In this document: positions 45,186-54,477 of the stretch, one piece after another
Position numbering within the stretch: the first letter of the stretch is position 1
Layout of the letters: each line of letters begins with the position of its first letter
NCBI GenBank assembly: GCA_035708165.1
Contig: DASSSZ010000005.1
Coordinates: forward strand, 40,719 to 104,718
DNA: 64,000 nt
Direction of reading: 5' to 3'
Source: Minisyncoccota bacterium
GTDB lineage: Bacteria; Patescibacteriota; Minisyncoccia; Phycocordibacterales; UBA2100
Program-made: the position numbers and the translations under genes
The notes under the pieces: model-generated
Databases searched by the model: none
Told to the model about the DNA's origin: nothing
The model's input: only the letters and a program-made list of their open reading frames with translations

Positions 45186-46382
45186 ATGGCAGCAGATTTC
45201 GACCGTTCGAAGCCGCACGTCAACGTCGGCACCATCGGCCACGTCGACCACGGCAAGACCACGCTGACCGCCGCGATCCTCCACGTCATCAGCATGATGG
45301 GCGAGGGCTACGGCGCGAACGTGAAGGGTGTCGACCAGATCGACAACGCCCCGGAGGAGCGCGAGCGCGGCATCACCATCGCGCTTTCGCACAACGAGTA
45401 CTGGACGCCGACCCGCCACTACGCGCACATCGATGCGCCGGGTCACGCGGACTATATCAAGAACATGATCACGGGTGCCGCCCAGATGGACGGCGCGATC
45501 CTCGTGGTCGCCGCGACTGACGGCGCCATGCCGCAGACGCGCGAGCACATCCTCTTGGCTCGCCAGGTCGGCGTGCCGAAGATCATCGTCTTCCTCAACA
45601 AGGTGGACATGGTCGACGACGCCGACATGATCGACCTCGTGGAAGAGGAGATCCGCGATCTCCTCGGGAAGCAGGAGTTCGACAAGGACTGCCCTGTCAT
45701 CCGCGGCTCGGGCCTCAAGGCGCTCGAGGCATCGAGCATCGATGACGAGTGGGCGCAGAAGGTCGCCGAGCTCGTGAAGACGATGGATGAGTACATCCCG
45801 ACTCCGGAGCGCGACACGGCCAAGCCGTTCCTCATGCCGATCGAGGACATCTTCTCGATCGAGGGCCGCGGCACCGTCGTGACCGGCCGCATCGAGCGCG
45901 GCGTCGTGAAGACGGGCGAGGAAGTCGAGATCGTGGGCATCAAGCCGACGACCAAGACGACCGTGACCGGCATCGAGATGTTCAACAAGCAGCTCTCGGA
46001 GGGGCAGGCTGGCGACAACGCCGGCATCCTCCTGCGCGGCACCAAGAAGGAGGACGTGCATCGCGGCCAGGTCCTGGCAGCGACCGGCTCCGTCAAGCCG
46101 CACACCGAGTTCGAGGCCGAGGTCTACGTCCTCTCGAAGGATGAGGGCGGCCGCCACACCCCGTTCTTCAGCGGGTACAAGCCGCAGTTCTACCTGCGCA
46201 CCACGGACGTGACCGGCGAGGTGACCCTGGCCGATGGCGTCGAGATGGTCATGCCGGGCGACACCGCGACCTTCAAGGTCAAGCTCGTGGGCCCGGTGGC
46301 GCTTGAGGAGCAGCAGCGCTTCGCGATCCGCGAAGGCGGCCGCACCGTCGGCGCCGGCGTCATCACCAAGATCGTCGCCTAA
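45186..46382 (+). CDS. tuf: elongation factor Tu
   Basis: [20 protein letters not shown]... Full-length EF-Tu. Promoter TTGACG-17-TAGTAT lies at 44983-45011. The track ORF 45135.. is an extension. Confidence 0.95.
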   Translation: MAADFDRSKPHVNVGTIGHVDHGKTTLTAAILHVISMMGEGYGANVKGVDQIDNAPEERERGITIALSHNEYWTPTRHYAHIDAPGHADYIKNMITGAAQMDGAILVVAATDGAMPQTREHILLARQVGVPKIIVFLNKVDMVDDADMIDLVEEEIRDLLGKQEFDKDCPVIRGSGLKALEASSIDDEWAQKVAELVKTMDEYIPTPERDTAKPFLMPIEDIFSIEGRGTVVTGRIERGVVKTGEEVEIVGIKPTTKTTVTGIEMFNKQLSEGQAGDNAGILLRGTKKEDVHRGQVLAATGSVKPHTEFEAEVYVLSKDEGGRHTPFFSGYKPQFYLRTTDVTGEVTLADGVEMVMPGDTATFKVKLVGPVALEEQQRFAIREGGRTVGAGVITKIVA

Positions 46383-46414
46383 CCCTTCTCTCTAGCAGCT
46401 CACTCGCATCACCC

Positions 46415-46765
46415 ATGGCAACCGCACCCAAGACCGCACGCAAAGCAGCCGCTTCGAGCGGGCCGCGCCTGCGCATCACTGTCCGCGCGTACGAGCACCG
46501 GGTGCTGGATGCATCCGTGAAGCAGATCATCGACACGGCGGCGCGCTATTCCGCGACCGTCGTCGGGCCGGTGCCGCTGCCGACGGACATCAGGAAGTAC
46601 ACCGTGAACCGCTCGACTTTCGTCCACAAGGACGCACGAGAACAGTTCGAGATGCGCGTGCACAAGCGCCTGATCGACATCCTCAACCCCGAGGCAAAGG
46701 TGATCGAAGCGCTCTCTAACATCGATCTCCCGTCCGGTGTCTCCATCGACGTGAAGATGATGTAA
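46415..46765 (+). CDS. rpsJ: 30S ribosomal protein S10
   Basis: LRITVRAYEHRVLD...VVGPVPLPT...HKDAREQFEMRVHKRLIDI conserved uS10. Confidence 0.95.
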   Translation: MATAPKTARKAAASSGPRLRITVRAYEHRVLDASVKQIIDTAARYSATVVGPVPLPTDIRKYTVNRSTFVHKDAREQFEMRVHKRLIDILNPEAKVIEALSNIDLPSGVSIDVKMM

Positions 46766-46921
46766 TCGGAGCTTCGCTCCATGAAACGCCACCGCTCAAT
46801 GCGGTGGCGTTTCGTTCACGGCAGCTGCATGGTGCATCGGGCAGGATGGGGCAAGAGCAGCATTTCACGAAGCGAGCGCATGGCGAGCACGGATCGCATC
46901 GCGCACGAGAGGGAGGCATGC

Positions 46922-47386
46922 ATGGTTCATTACCCGGTCATCGACTGTTCGGCGGTACCGTCCGTACCGGACGGCTTGCGTATCCTGCCCCGCGACTGGC
47001 AGCTTCCCGGACGGATACGGGACACCATACGGTGGCACCCACTGCGCGCGGACCTGTTCCAGACCGCACTGCAGCGGGAGGGGATACCGGTTTCCGGGCA
47101 GTACTTGCTCGGCGAGCTGCAGGATGAGCCGGTGCTCCCGGCATCCGTCCTGGATGCGTTCCTCGCGACAGGGTTCGAGGGCGTGCCTGCGACCTGGAAA
47201 CCGATGCGGGAGCCGCGCCCGATCATCTGCTTCTACGGGACCATCTATGCGAGCAGGGAAACGCAGGAGGGCATGGACGCGGGCGTGCGCTGCATCACCT
47301 GGCGGCGTGCCCGATGGGAGGAGGAGTATCGTCCGCTCAGCGAGCCGTTCGGGCAGGATATGTTCGCAGCGACGTGGTTCGGCTGA
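46922..47386 (+). CDS. hypothetical protein inserted between rpsJ and rplC (low confidence)
   Basis: 154-aa ORF (MVHYPVIDC...) with coding-like composition. It fills part of a 780-bp gap that is normally absent between S10 and L3. A terminator-like hairpin follows at ~47391-47422. Confidence 0.3.
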   Translation: MVHYPVIDCSAVPSVPDGLRILPRDWQLPGRIRDTIRWHPLRADLFQTALQREGIPVSGQYLLGELQDEPVLPASVLDAFLATGFEGVPATWKPMREPRPIICFYGTIYASRETQEGMDAGVRCITWRRARWEEEYRPLSEPFGQDMFAATWFG

Positions 47387-47419
47387 TACGGCGGCCCTGG
47401 GAAACCGGGGCCGCTTCGT

Positions 47420-47533
47420 TTGCATCCCTGAGGAAAGCGTGTATACTGCCCCCACGCCAAGTCCTCGGACGGAGGACCAATGGAGTTCCGGCACCCTGAA
47501 TCAGGGGCTGGCGCGCCAGAAGGGCGCTTTTTT
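47420..47533 (+). promoter_or_regulatory. rplC leader: promoter-like TTGCAT-16-TATACT, then hairpin gcgcc agaag ggcgc + T6 (47513-47533) 12 nt before the rplC ATG
   Basis: Direct reading of the sequence. Confidence 0.45.
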
Positions 47534-47544
47534 CATTCCATACC

Positions 47545-48153
47545 ATGAAATTCATGCTCGGCACCAAGGGGCGGATGACGCAGGTCTTCGACGAGACCGG
47601 GCGCGTGTCCGCTGCGACCATCATCTCGGCGGGTCCGCTCACGGTCACGCAGGTGAAGAATGCGGAGACTGACGGCTACGAGGCCGTGCAGGTCGGCTTC
47701 GGAGAGAAGGCGGCGAAGAACATCGCGAAGGCGCAGCAGGGCCATTTCAAGGACCTGGGGCTCTTCCGCTTCGTGCGCGAGTTCCGGGTCGCAGGCATGC
47801 ATCAGCGCGGCGACACGATCGACATCACATCGTTCGCCCCGGGCGATATCGTCACCGTCTCGGCCACGACCAAGGGCAAGGGCTTCCAGGGCGTGGTGAA
47901 GCGCCATGACTTCCGCGGCATGCCGCGCACGCACGGCACGAAGCACACCGAGCGCTCCTCGGGCTCGATCGGCGCGGGCGGCTTCCAGCGCGTGTTCAAG
48001 GGCAAGCGCATGGCCGGCCGCATGGGCGGTGAGCGCGTGACCGTGAAGAACCTCAAGGTCCTCCAGGTGATCCCGGAGACGAACACGCTCCTCATCAGCG
48101 GCGCGATCCCGGGGCATCCGGGCGCACTGGTGGAAATCGTCTCGAACGCATAA
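47545..48153 (+). CDS. rplC: 50S ribosomal protein L3
   Basis: Conserved uL3 (…GKGFQGVVKRH…GGERVTVKNLKV…). Confidence 0.95.
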   Translation: MKFMLGTKGRMTQVFDETGRVSAATIISAGPLTVTQVKNAETDGYEAVQVGFGEKAAKNIAKAQQGHFKDLGLFRFVREFRVAGMHQRGDTIDITSFAPGDIVTVSATTKGKGFQGVVKRHDFRGMPRTHGTKHTERSSGSIGAGGFQRVFKGKRMAGRMGGERVTVKNLKVLQVIPETNTLLISGAIPGHPGALVEIVSNA

Positions 48154-48158
48154 GGCAT

Positions 48159-48845
48159 ATGACTACTGATATCTACAACGCGAAGGGTACGAAAGCGGGC
48201 AGCATCGATCTGCCGGCAGCGCTCTTCGGAGAGCCGTGGAACGAGACCTTGATGCACCAGGTGATCGTGGGCATGCAGGCCAATGCCCGCACGCCGGTCG
48301 CGCACACCAAGGATCGCGGCGATGTCTCAGGCGGCGGCAAGAAGCCGTGGCGCCAGAAGGGGACCGGCCGCGCGCGCCATGGCTCCACCCGCTCGCCGAT
48401 CTGGCGGCACGGCGGCGTCGCGCATGGCCCGCGCAACGATAAGGACTACTCGAAGAAGATCAACCGGAAGGTGCGCGCCAAGGCGCTTGCGATGGCGCTC
48501 ACGAAGAAGCTCGCGGATGGCGAAGTGCTCTTCGTGGACAGCCTCGGCCTCTCGGCCCCGAAGACGTCCGATGCGAAGCAGCTCCTCGGCACGCTCGCCG
48601 CGGTGAAGGGCTTCGAGGCGCTCGGCACCCGCCGCAAGAATGCCGCGTTCGTGGCGCTCTCCGGCAAGGACCTGAACGCTGAGAAGAGCTTCAGCAACTT
48701 CGGCAATATCGAGGTGGACGAGGTCCGCAACCTCAACCCGCTCGACGTGCTCTCGCACAAGTTCCTCATCATCACGAACCCGGCTGAGGCGCTGAAGTCG
48801 CTCGAGGGCCGCATGACCAGCACTAAGACGGCCGCGGCCGAGTAA
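48159..48845 (+). CDS. rplD: 50S ribosomal protein L4
   Basis: Conserved uL4 (KPWRQKGTGRARHGS…). Confidence 0.95.
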   Translation: MTTDIYNAKGTKAGSIDLPAALFGEPWNETLMHQVIVGMQANARTPVAHTKDRGDVSGGGKKPWRQKGTGRARHGSTRSPIWRHGGVAHGPRNDKDYSKKINRKVRAKALAMALTKKLADGEVLFVDSLGLSAPKTSDAKQLLGTLAAVKGFEALGTRRKNAAFVALSGKDLNAEKSFSNFGNIEVDEVRNLNPLDVLSHKFLIITNPAEALKSLEGRMTSTKTAAAE

Positions 48846-48856
48846 CGAATACCGAT

Positions 48857-49207
48857 ATGGCACTCTTCAGCAAGGACGAGGAAACGAAGGGCGAGGCGAT
48901 CGCCGAGCAGGCGCCGCAGGTCGCGCCGAAGGCTGCGCACGCGCTCACGCGCGCCCGCATCACTGAGAAGGCGACCGAGCTCGCCATGAAGAACACGTTC
49001 GTATTCGACGTGTCGCTCAGCGCGAACAAGCGCCAGGTGATCGAGGCGATGCAGGCGCTCTACAAGGTCACGCCGGTCGCGGTCCGCATGGTGCGCGTCC
49101 CGCGCAAGACGGTGCGGCACGCGCGCCGCGGCACGTACGGGACGACCAACCTCGGCAAGAAGGCGTACGTCACCCTTAAGGATGGTGACACTATTTCCCT
49201 GATGTAA
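48857..49207 (+). CDS. rplW: 50S ribosomal protein L23 (with N-terminal extension)
   Basis: ITEKATELAMKNTFVFDVSLSANKRQVIEAMQALYKV… uL23. Confidence 0.9.
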   Translation: MALFSKDEETKGEAIAEQAPQVAPKAAHALTRARITEKATELAMKNTFVFDVSLSANKRQVIEAMQALYKVTPVAVRMVRVPRKTVRHARRGTYGTTNLGKKAYVTLKDGDTISLM

Positions 49208-49211
49208 GCGT

Positions 49212-50054
49212 ATGAAGATCTACAAACCGACAACTCCCGGCCAGCGCGTGAAGGTGCGCGTCGAGTACAAGAAGGTGCTCTCCGGCCACGCACCCGCGAA
49301 GCGGCTCACGAAGGGCGGCAAGCGCGCTGTCGGCCGCAACAACGCCGGCCGCATCACGAGCCGCCACAAGGGCGCGGGCGTGAAGCGCGTGTTCCGCGAC
49401 GTTGATTTCCGCTACGACAAGCGCGATATCCCCGCCACCATCACGTCCGTCGAGTACGACCCGAACCGCACCGCGTTCATCGGGCTCGCGGTCTATGCCG
49501 ATGGCGAGAAGCGTTACGTCGTGCTCCCGCAGAAAGTCGTGCCGGGCACCTCGTTCGTCGTCTCCGAGAAGGCGCCGGTCGAGATCGCCAACCGCCTGCC
49601 GCTCTCGAAGATCCCGATCGGCACGTTCGTCTACAACGTCGAGCTGAAGCCGGGCGCAGGCGCCAAGATCGCGCGCTCCGCCGGCAACTACGCCGAGGTG
49701 ATCGCGCACGATGCGGGCTATGTCCATCTCAAGATGCCGTCGTCCGAGGTGCGCAAGGTGCAGGGAAGCGCCTGGGCGACCGTGGGCGAGGTCAGCAATG
49801 CCGAGAGCCGGCTCGTGAAGGGCGGCAAGGCCGGCCGCAATCGCTGGCTCGGCAAGCGTCCGACCGTGCGCGGCAGCGCCATGAACCCGGTCGACCACCC
49901 GTACGGTGGCGGCGAGGGCCGTCAGGGCCGCGGGCTCCGCTACGCGAAGACGCGCTGGGGCCAGCACGTGGGCAAGGGCCAGAAGACCCGTCGCCCGAAG
50001 AAGTACTCGAACACGCTCATCGTGCGCCGCCGCCAGGTGGGCAAGCGCAAGTAA
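49212..50054 (+). CDS. rplB: 50S ribosomal protein L2
   Basis: Conserved uL2 (…GGGEGRQGRG…). Confidence 0.95.
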   Translation: MKIYKPTTPGQRVKVRVEYKKVLSGHAPAKRLTKGGKRAVGRNNAGRITSRHKGAGVKRVFRDVDFRYDKRDIPATITSVEYDPNRTAFIGLAVYADGEKRYVVLPQKVVPGTSFVVSEKAPVEIANRLPLSKIPIGTFVYNVELKPGAGAKIARSAGNYAEVIAHDAGYVHLKMPSSEVRKVQGSAWATVGEVSNAESRLVKGGKAGRNRWLGKRPTVRGSAMNPVDHPYGGGEGRQGRGLRYAKTRWGQHVGKGQKTRRPKKYSNTLIVRRRQVGKRK

Positions 50055-50057
50055 TCA

Positions 50058-50127
50058 GGTGCTACTGAGCATGCTCAGTAGCACCGAGAGGAATGCAGGA
50101 CCCCGGCCATGGCCGGGGTCCTGCATT
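50058..50127. repeat. two consecutive long perfect palindromes immediately after rplB
   Basis: The first is 50058-50085, ggtgctactgagca|tgctcagtagcacc (14-bp arms). The second is 50092-50127, aatgcaggaccccggcc at ggccggggtcctgcatt (17-bp arms). Read directly. Confidence 0.7.
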
Positions 50128-50435
50128 GAGGCTGCGTGCACCCGCTACTCCTGGGGCGCAGGACGGTGCGGCCGCTCATGGCGAGGGGCGCGCATCCCCT
50201 CCATGGCTCCCGGCCGGGCGGCGCGATGCGCCCGAGAGCGGCAACGGCGGCGGTCTGCGCCGCATGCCCGCTCGGGAAGGCCTGATCACGAGGTTCTCCT
50301 GGCCGATGGGGCGCGCGCGATCCCGGTGCAGCCGGTCCGGGCCGGTGAGCGCGGCACGGCCGTGCGCCTGCGATGGGGTGAGCCCCTGTGCAGGGGAGGC
50401 GCGTATGCTCGTTTCCGGAACTGCCGAGCGTCCGT

Positions 50436-50492
50436 TTGACTCACGGCATCATATCCTGTACTATGCCCGCACTCCCGCCAGATGCGGGTTTT
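50436..50492 (+). promoter_or_regulatory. rpsS leader: promoter-like TTGACT-17-TACTAT followed by hairpin cccgc cagat gcggg + TTTT, 12 nt before the rpsS ATG
   Basis: Direct reading. Same architecture as the rplC leader. Confidence 0.45.
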
Positions 50493-50503
50493 CAATTGAA
50501 TCC

Positions 50504-50851
50504 ATGACGCGTTCGATCAAGAAGGGTCCCTATGTGGACGAGAAGCTGATGAAGAAGGTCGGCGCCCGCAAGCCGGGCGACGGCGTCATCAAGACGTGGG
50601 CTCGCCGCAGCCAGATCGCGCCTGAGTTCGTGGGCTACACGTTCGGCGTGCACAACGGCAAGCAGCATGTCGAGGTCCTCGTGACCGACGAGATGGTCGG
50701 CCATTTCCTGGGCGAGTTCTCGCCGACGACCCGCTTCGGCCGTCACGGCGGCAAGATGCAGAAGGAGCTCGATCAGAAGAAGAAGGACGCGGAGATCGCG
50801 GCCGCAAAGGCTGCCAAGTCTGCGGGCGATGCCGCAACCGCCAAGAAATAA
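50504..50851 (+). CDS. rpsS: 30S ribosomal protein S19 with K/A-rich C-terminal tail
   Basis: [19 protein letters not shown]...[23 protein letters not shown] is conserved uS19. The track ORF 50093.. is a long spurious in-frame extension. Confidence 0.9.
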   Translation: MTRSIKKGPYVDEKLMKKVGARKPGDGVIKTWARRSQIAPEFVGYTFGVHNGKQHVEVLVTDEMVGHFLGEFSPTTRFGRHGGKMQKELDQKKKDAEIAAAKAAKSAGDAATAKK

Positions 50852-50855
50852 TCGT

Positions 50856-51269
50856 ATGAAGGCCTCTCTCTCCCAGTATCGCCAGTCGCCGCGCAAGGTG
50901 CGCCTCGTCGCGGATCAGATCCGCGGGCAGCGCGTCGAGCGCGCACGCGAGCTTCTCGCCTTCGGCGAGAAGAAGTCCGCGCCGGCCCTCCTCAAGCTCC
51001 TCGACTCGGCGCTCGCCAATGCGCGCGACCAGGGGCAGGCGACCGACGGCCTCATCGTGAAGACGATCACGGTCGACTCCGGCGTCGTGATGCGCCGCAT
51101 GCGCGCTCGCGCGCGCGGCCGCGGCGCCATCATCCGCCATCGCACCAGCCGCGTCACGCTTGAGCTCGCGCCGGCTGCAGCGCCGAAGAAGACCGCTGCC
51201 AAGAAGCCTGCTGCGAAGAAGGCGGCCGCGAAGAAGGCAGAGGCTCCGGCCGACGCCGCTACCGAATAA
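50856..51269 (+). CDS. rplV: 50S ribosomal protein L22 with K/A/P-rich C-terminal tail
   Basis: Conserved uL22 core. The tail is AAPKKTAAKKPAAKKAAAKKAEAP. Confidence 0.9.
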   Translation: MKASLSQYRQSPRKVRLVADQIRGQRVERARELLAFGEKKSAPALLKLLDSALANARDQGQATDGLIVKTITVDSGVVMRRMRARARGRGAIIRHRTSRVTLELAPAAAPKKTAAKKPAAKKAAAKKAEAPADAATE

Positions 51270-51273
51270 TCCT

Positions 51274-51948
51274 ATGACTCATACCGTACATCCGTTCGCA
51301 CATCGCCTCGGCGTCATCCGTGACTGGCAGTCCCGCTGGTTCGCCAAGACGCCGGCCGACTACCGCCAGAACGTCCGCATCGACACGGCGATCCGCCAGT
51401 TCCTGGCGAAGCGCCTGCGCGGCTACTATGTGACCGGCGTCGAGCTCGAGCGCGGCGAGAAGGCGATCCGCGTGCGCATCAAGACCTCGCGCCCGGGCAT
51501 GGTCATCGGCCGCGGCGGCGAGGGTTCGACCAAGCTCACCAAGGAGCTCGCCCGCGTCGTCCGAACGGCCGGCGTCAAGGACGTCCCGTCCATCCGCATC
51601 GATATCGAGGAGGTCCGCTCGCCTGAGTCGCAGGCCGCGATCGTCGCCTACATGGTCGCTGAGGGTCTCGAGAAGCGCATGCAGTTCCGCCGCGTGCTGA
51701 AGCAGACGGTGGAGAAGGTGATGGCGAACCGCGACGTCGAAGGCGTGCGCATCGCGATCGCCGGCCGCCTCGGCGGCGCGGAGATGTCCCGCTACGAGGA
51801 GATCAAGCGCGGCCGCGTGCCGCTGCAGACGATCCGCGCGGATATCGACTTCGCCCGCGAGCATGCGTACCTCCCGTACGGCGTGATCGGCATCAAGGTC
51901 TGGATCTACCGCGGCGATATCTTCGATGACGGAGAGAATCGCGCATAA
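51274..51948 (+). CDS. rpsC: 30S ribosomal protein S3
   Basis: KH domain and uS3 C-terminal domain are present. The track ORF 51160.. is an extension. Confidence 0.9.
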   Translation: MTHTVHPFAHRLGVIRDWQSRWFAKTPADYRQNVRIDTAIRQFLAKRLRGYYVTGVELERGEKAIRVRIKTSRPGMVIGRGGEGSTKLTKELARVVRTAGVKDVPSIRIDIEEVRSPESQAAIVAYMVAEGLEKRMQFRRVLKQTVEKVMANRDVEGVRIAIAGRLGGAEMSRYEEIKRGRVPLQTIRADIDFAREHAYLPYGVIGIKVWIYRGDIFDDGENRA

Positions 51949-51953
51949 CGCTT

Positions 51954-52376
51954 ATGTTGTTCCCCAAGAAGACAAAATTCCGCAAGTGGCAGACCCGCCG
52001 CCAGCACGCTGAGAAGATCGCGCAGCCGGCGCAGCGCGGCACGACCGTGGCGTTCGGCAGCTTCGGCCTCAAGGCGACGAGCTCCGCGCGCGTCACGAGC
52101 AACCAGATCGAGGCAGCCCGCCGCGCGGCGAGCCGCGAGGCCGGGAAGGCCGCCAAGATGTGGATCCGCATCTTCCCTGACCGCCCGTTCACGGCCAAGG
52201 CTGCTGAGGTGGGCATGGGTAAAGGCAAGGGCGAGCCGCAGGGCTACGTTGCCGAGGTGCGCCCGGGCCGCGTGCTCTTCGAGCTCGACGGTATCCCGGA
52301 GGCGCAGGCTCGCGCCGCCCTGCGCAAGGCAGGCATGAAGCTCCCGGTCACGGTAAAGATCGTCGCGCGCGACTAG
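51954..52376 (+). CDS. rplP: 50S ribosomal protein L16
   Basis: Conserved uL16. Confidence 0.95.
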   Translation: MLFPKKTKFRKWQTRRQHAEKIAQPAQRGTTVAFGSFGLKATSSARVTSNQIEAARRAASREAGKAAKMWIRIFPDRPFTAKAAEVGMGKGKGEPQGYVAEVRPGRVLFELDGIPEAQARAALRKAGMKLPVTVKIVARD

Positions 52377-52390
52377 CGCATCTCACGCAT

Positions 52391-52585
52391 ATGAAGGCAA
52401 AGGACATCAAGACCAAGAACGACAGCGACCTCGTGAAGCTCATCACCGATGAGCGCGAGTCGCTGCGCACGTTCCGCTTCAGCGAGGCGGGAAGCCGCAC
52501 GAAGAACGTGAAGGCCGCTCGCGAGATGAAGAAGACCGTCGCGCGCGCGATGACTGAACTTGCATCGCGCCGCAAGAACGCGTAG
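52391..52585 (+). CDS. rpmC: 50S ribosomal protein L29
   Basis: Conserved uL29 (64 aa). Confidence 0.9.
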   Translation: MKAKDIKTKNDSDLVKLITDERESLRTFRFSEAGSRTKNVKAAREMKKTVARAMTELASRRKNA

Positions 52586-52617
52586 GATACGCGAGCTGAA
52601 ACGCACTATCTACTACT

Positions 52618-52872
52618 ATGGCAACTGAGACGCAGGAGAAGAAGGGAGGCAAGACGCTTCGCGGCGTGGTCGTGAAGGCTGCCATGAAGGACACCGTGAC
52701 GGTGGCCGTCACCCGCTACGTCAAGGCGCCGAAGTACGGCAAGTACGTGAAGCTGGTCAAGAAGTATCTCGCGCACGATCCGGGCAACACCGCCTCGGTC
52801 GGCCAGCAGGTCACCATCCGCGAGACGCGCCCGATCTCGAAGAACAAGACGTTCGCGCTCGTCTCCGCCTAA
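52618..52872 (+). CDS. rpsQ: 30S ribosomal protein S17
   Basis: Conserved uS17. Confidence 0.9.
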   Translation: MATETQEKKGGKTLRGVVVKAAMKDTVTVAVTRYVKAPKYGKYVKLVKKYLAHDPGNTASVGQQVTIRETRPISKNKTFALVSA

Positions 52873-52877
52873 CGCCT

Positions 52878-53249
52878 ATGTTGCAGCCCCAGTCACTCGT
52901 CAAGATCACGGACAACTCCGGCGGCAAGATCGGCCGCATCTTCAAGGTGCCCGGCGGCAGCAAGCGCCGGTACGCGCAGATCGGGGATGTCGTCATCCTC
53001 TCGGTGCAGAGCGCCGAGCCACGCAAGCAGGTCAAGAAGAAGGATATCCTCCATGCGGTCGTCGTCCGCCAAGCGAAGCCGTTCCGCCGCAAGGACGGCA
53101 GCTACATCCGCTTCGACGACAATGCCGTCGTCATCATCGAGAAGGGCAAGCAGGAGCCGCGCGCGAACCGCGTCTTCGGTCCGATCCCGCGCGAGATCAC
53201 GGAGCGAGGGTATACGAAGATCGGCTCGCTCGCGCCCGAGGTCGTCTAG
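52878..53249 (+). CDS. rplN: 50S ribosomal protein L14
   Basis: Conserved uL14. Confidence 0.95.
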   Translation: MLQPQSLVKITDNSGGKIGRIFKVPGGSKRRYAQIGDVVILSVQSAEPRKQVKKKDILHAVVVRQAKPFRRKDGSYIRFDDNAVVIIEKGKQEPRANRVFGPIPREITERGYTKIGSLAPEVV

Positions 53250-53257
53250 CACGCATT

Positions 53258-53521
53258 TTGCATATGAAGATCAAGAAAGGAGATAAGGTGCTCGTGATCG
53301 CGGGCAAGGAGCGCGGCAAGACCGGGACGGTCAGCCAGGCGCTGCCGTCGCGCGAGATGGTCGTCATTGACGGCCTCAACATCGCGAAGAAGCACCGCCG
53401 CGCGACGCGCCAGGGCGGCAAGGGCCAGATCATCGATATCGCCATGCCGATCCACGTCTCGAACGTGCAGCGCGTGGACGCGTCCGGCAAGCGCATCCGC
53501 TCGGCGAAGAAGGCCGCATAA
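53258..53521 (+). CDS. rplX: 50S ribosomal protein L24
   Basis: KIKKGDKVLVIAGKERGKTGTV… uL24 KOW domain. Confidence 0.9.
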   Translation: MHMKIKKGDKVLVIAGKERGKTGTVSQALPSREMVVIDGLNIAKKHRRATRQGGKGQIIDIAMPIHVSNVQRVDASGKRIRSAKKAA

Positions 53522-53526
53522 CGCAT

Positions 53527-54063
53527 ATGATCACGCACGACAAGCAGCAGGGAATGATGGCAGCTCTGAAGGAGCGCTTCGGGTATACGAACCCGATGCA
53601 GACGCCGAAGGTGACGAAGATCGTCCTCTCGACGGGCGTGGGCTCCATTGCCGATAAGAATAAGCGCGAGCTCATCTTCAAGCGCCTGACCGCGATCGCG
53701 GGCCAGAAGCCGAAGGAGACGCAGACGCGCAAGTCCATCGCCACCTTCAAGACCCGCGAGGGCGACCTCTCGGGCTACCAGGTGACGCTGCGCGGCGCAC
53801 GCATGTACTCCTTCCTCGACAAGCTCATCCATGTCGTCCTTCCGCGCACGCGCGACTTCCGCGGGCTTTCCGCGACTGGCATCGACGAGATGGGGAACTA
53901 CACGTTCGGCATCCGCGAGCACACGGTCTTCCCGGAGACCGCCGATGAGGATATCCGCGACATCTTCGGCCTCGCGATCACGATCGTGACGACCGCGAAG
54001 AGCAAGGACGAGGCGGAAGCGCTCCTGCGCGAACTGGGCTTGCCGCTGCAACAGCAGGCGTAG
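53527..54063 (+). CDS. rplE: 50S ribosomal protein L5
   Basis: Conserved uL5. Confidence 0.95.
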   Translation: MITHDKQQGMMAALKERFGYTNPMQTPKVTKIVLSTGVGSIADKNKRELIFKRLTAIAGQKPKETQTRKSIATFKTREGDLSGYQVTLRGARMYSFLDKLIHVVLPRTRDFRGLSATGIDEMGNYTFGIREHTVFPETADEDIRDIFGLAITIVTTAKSKDEAEALLRELGLPLQQQA

Positions 54064-54132
54064 CCTGCTGGGAGGAGTACGCTCCTTCTCATCATCCGGC
54101 ATGGAAACGGCCGCCTCTCGGGCGGCCGTCTG

Positions 54133-54411
54133 TCATTTCCGGCGAGAGGCTCTCGCTGCTTCTTCCTGCAGCCGCATGCGCTCATGCCGCCGCCCGATCT
54201 CGAAGGCGACCTGCAGGACCTCATTCAGCTCGGCGGCCGTTCCCTCATAGCGCAGCAGCGCCGCGGCGATCGTGGGTACGCCCTCGGCCACGGGATAGTA
54301 GCCGCCATTCAGGTAGACCTCTTTGCTCTTGCGCAGCCGCGGCCGGTAGGCGGCGGTGATCATGGGGTCTGCGCCGGGAGGGGTCGCGACCCGGAATTCG
54401 ATGGCTGCCAT
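54133..54411 (-). CDS. hypothetical protein (92 aa) encoded antisense inside the L5-S14 gap
   Basis: GGAG lies 9 nt upstream of ATG. The gap has no counterpart in canonical spc operons. Confidence 0.35.
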   Translation of the reverse strand: MAAIEFRVATPPGADPMITAAYRPRLRKSKEVYLNGGYYPVAEGVPTIAAALLRYEGTAAELNEVLQVAFEIGRRHERMRLQEEAARASRRK

Positions 54412-54477
54412 GGAAGACTCCTTACGAAAGATGGCTCCCTACACCTAAGCACGCCGCTCATTCTGGCGCAACGCGGT

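Noticed and set aside
45168-46157. Minus-strand ORFs over tuf
   Set aside because: Antisense to EF-Tu.
50093-50503. Long in-frame N-terminal extension of rpsS in the ORF track (252 aa)
   Set aside because: The extension is G/R/A/P-rich and contains the two palindromes and a promoter-like site. The conserved S19 N-terminus [10 protein letters not shown] starts at 50504.
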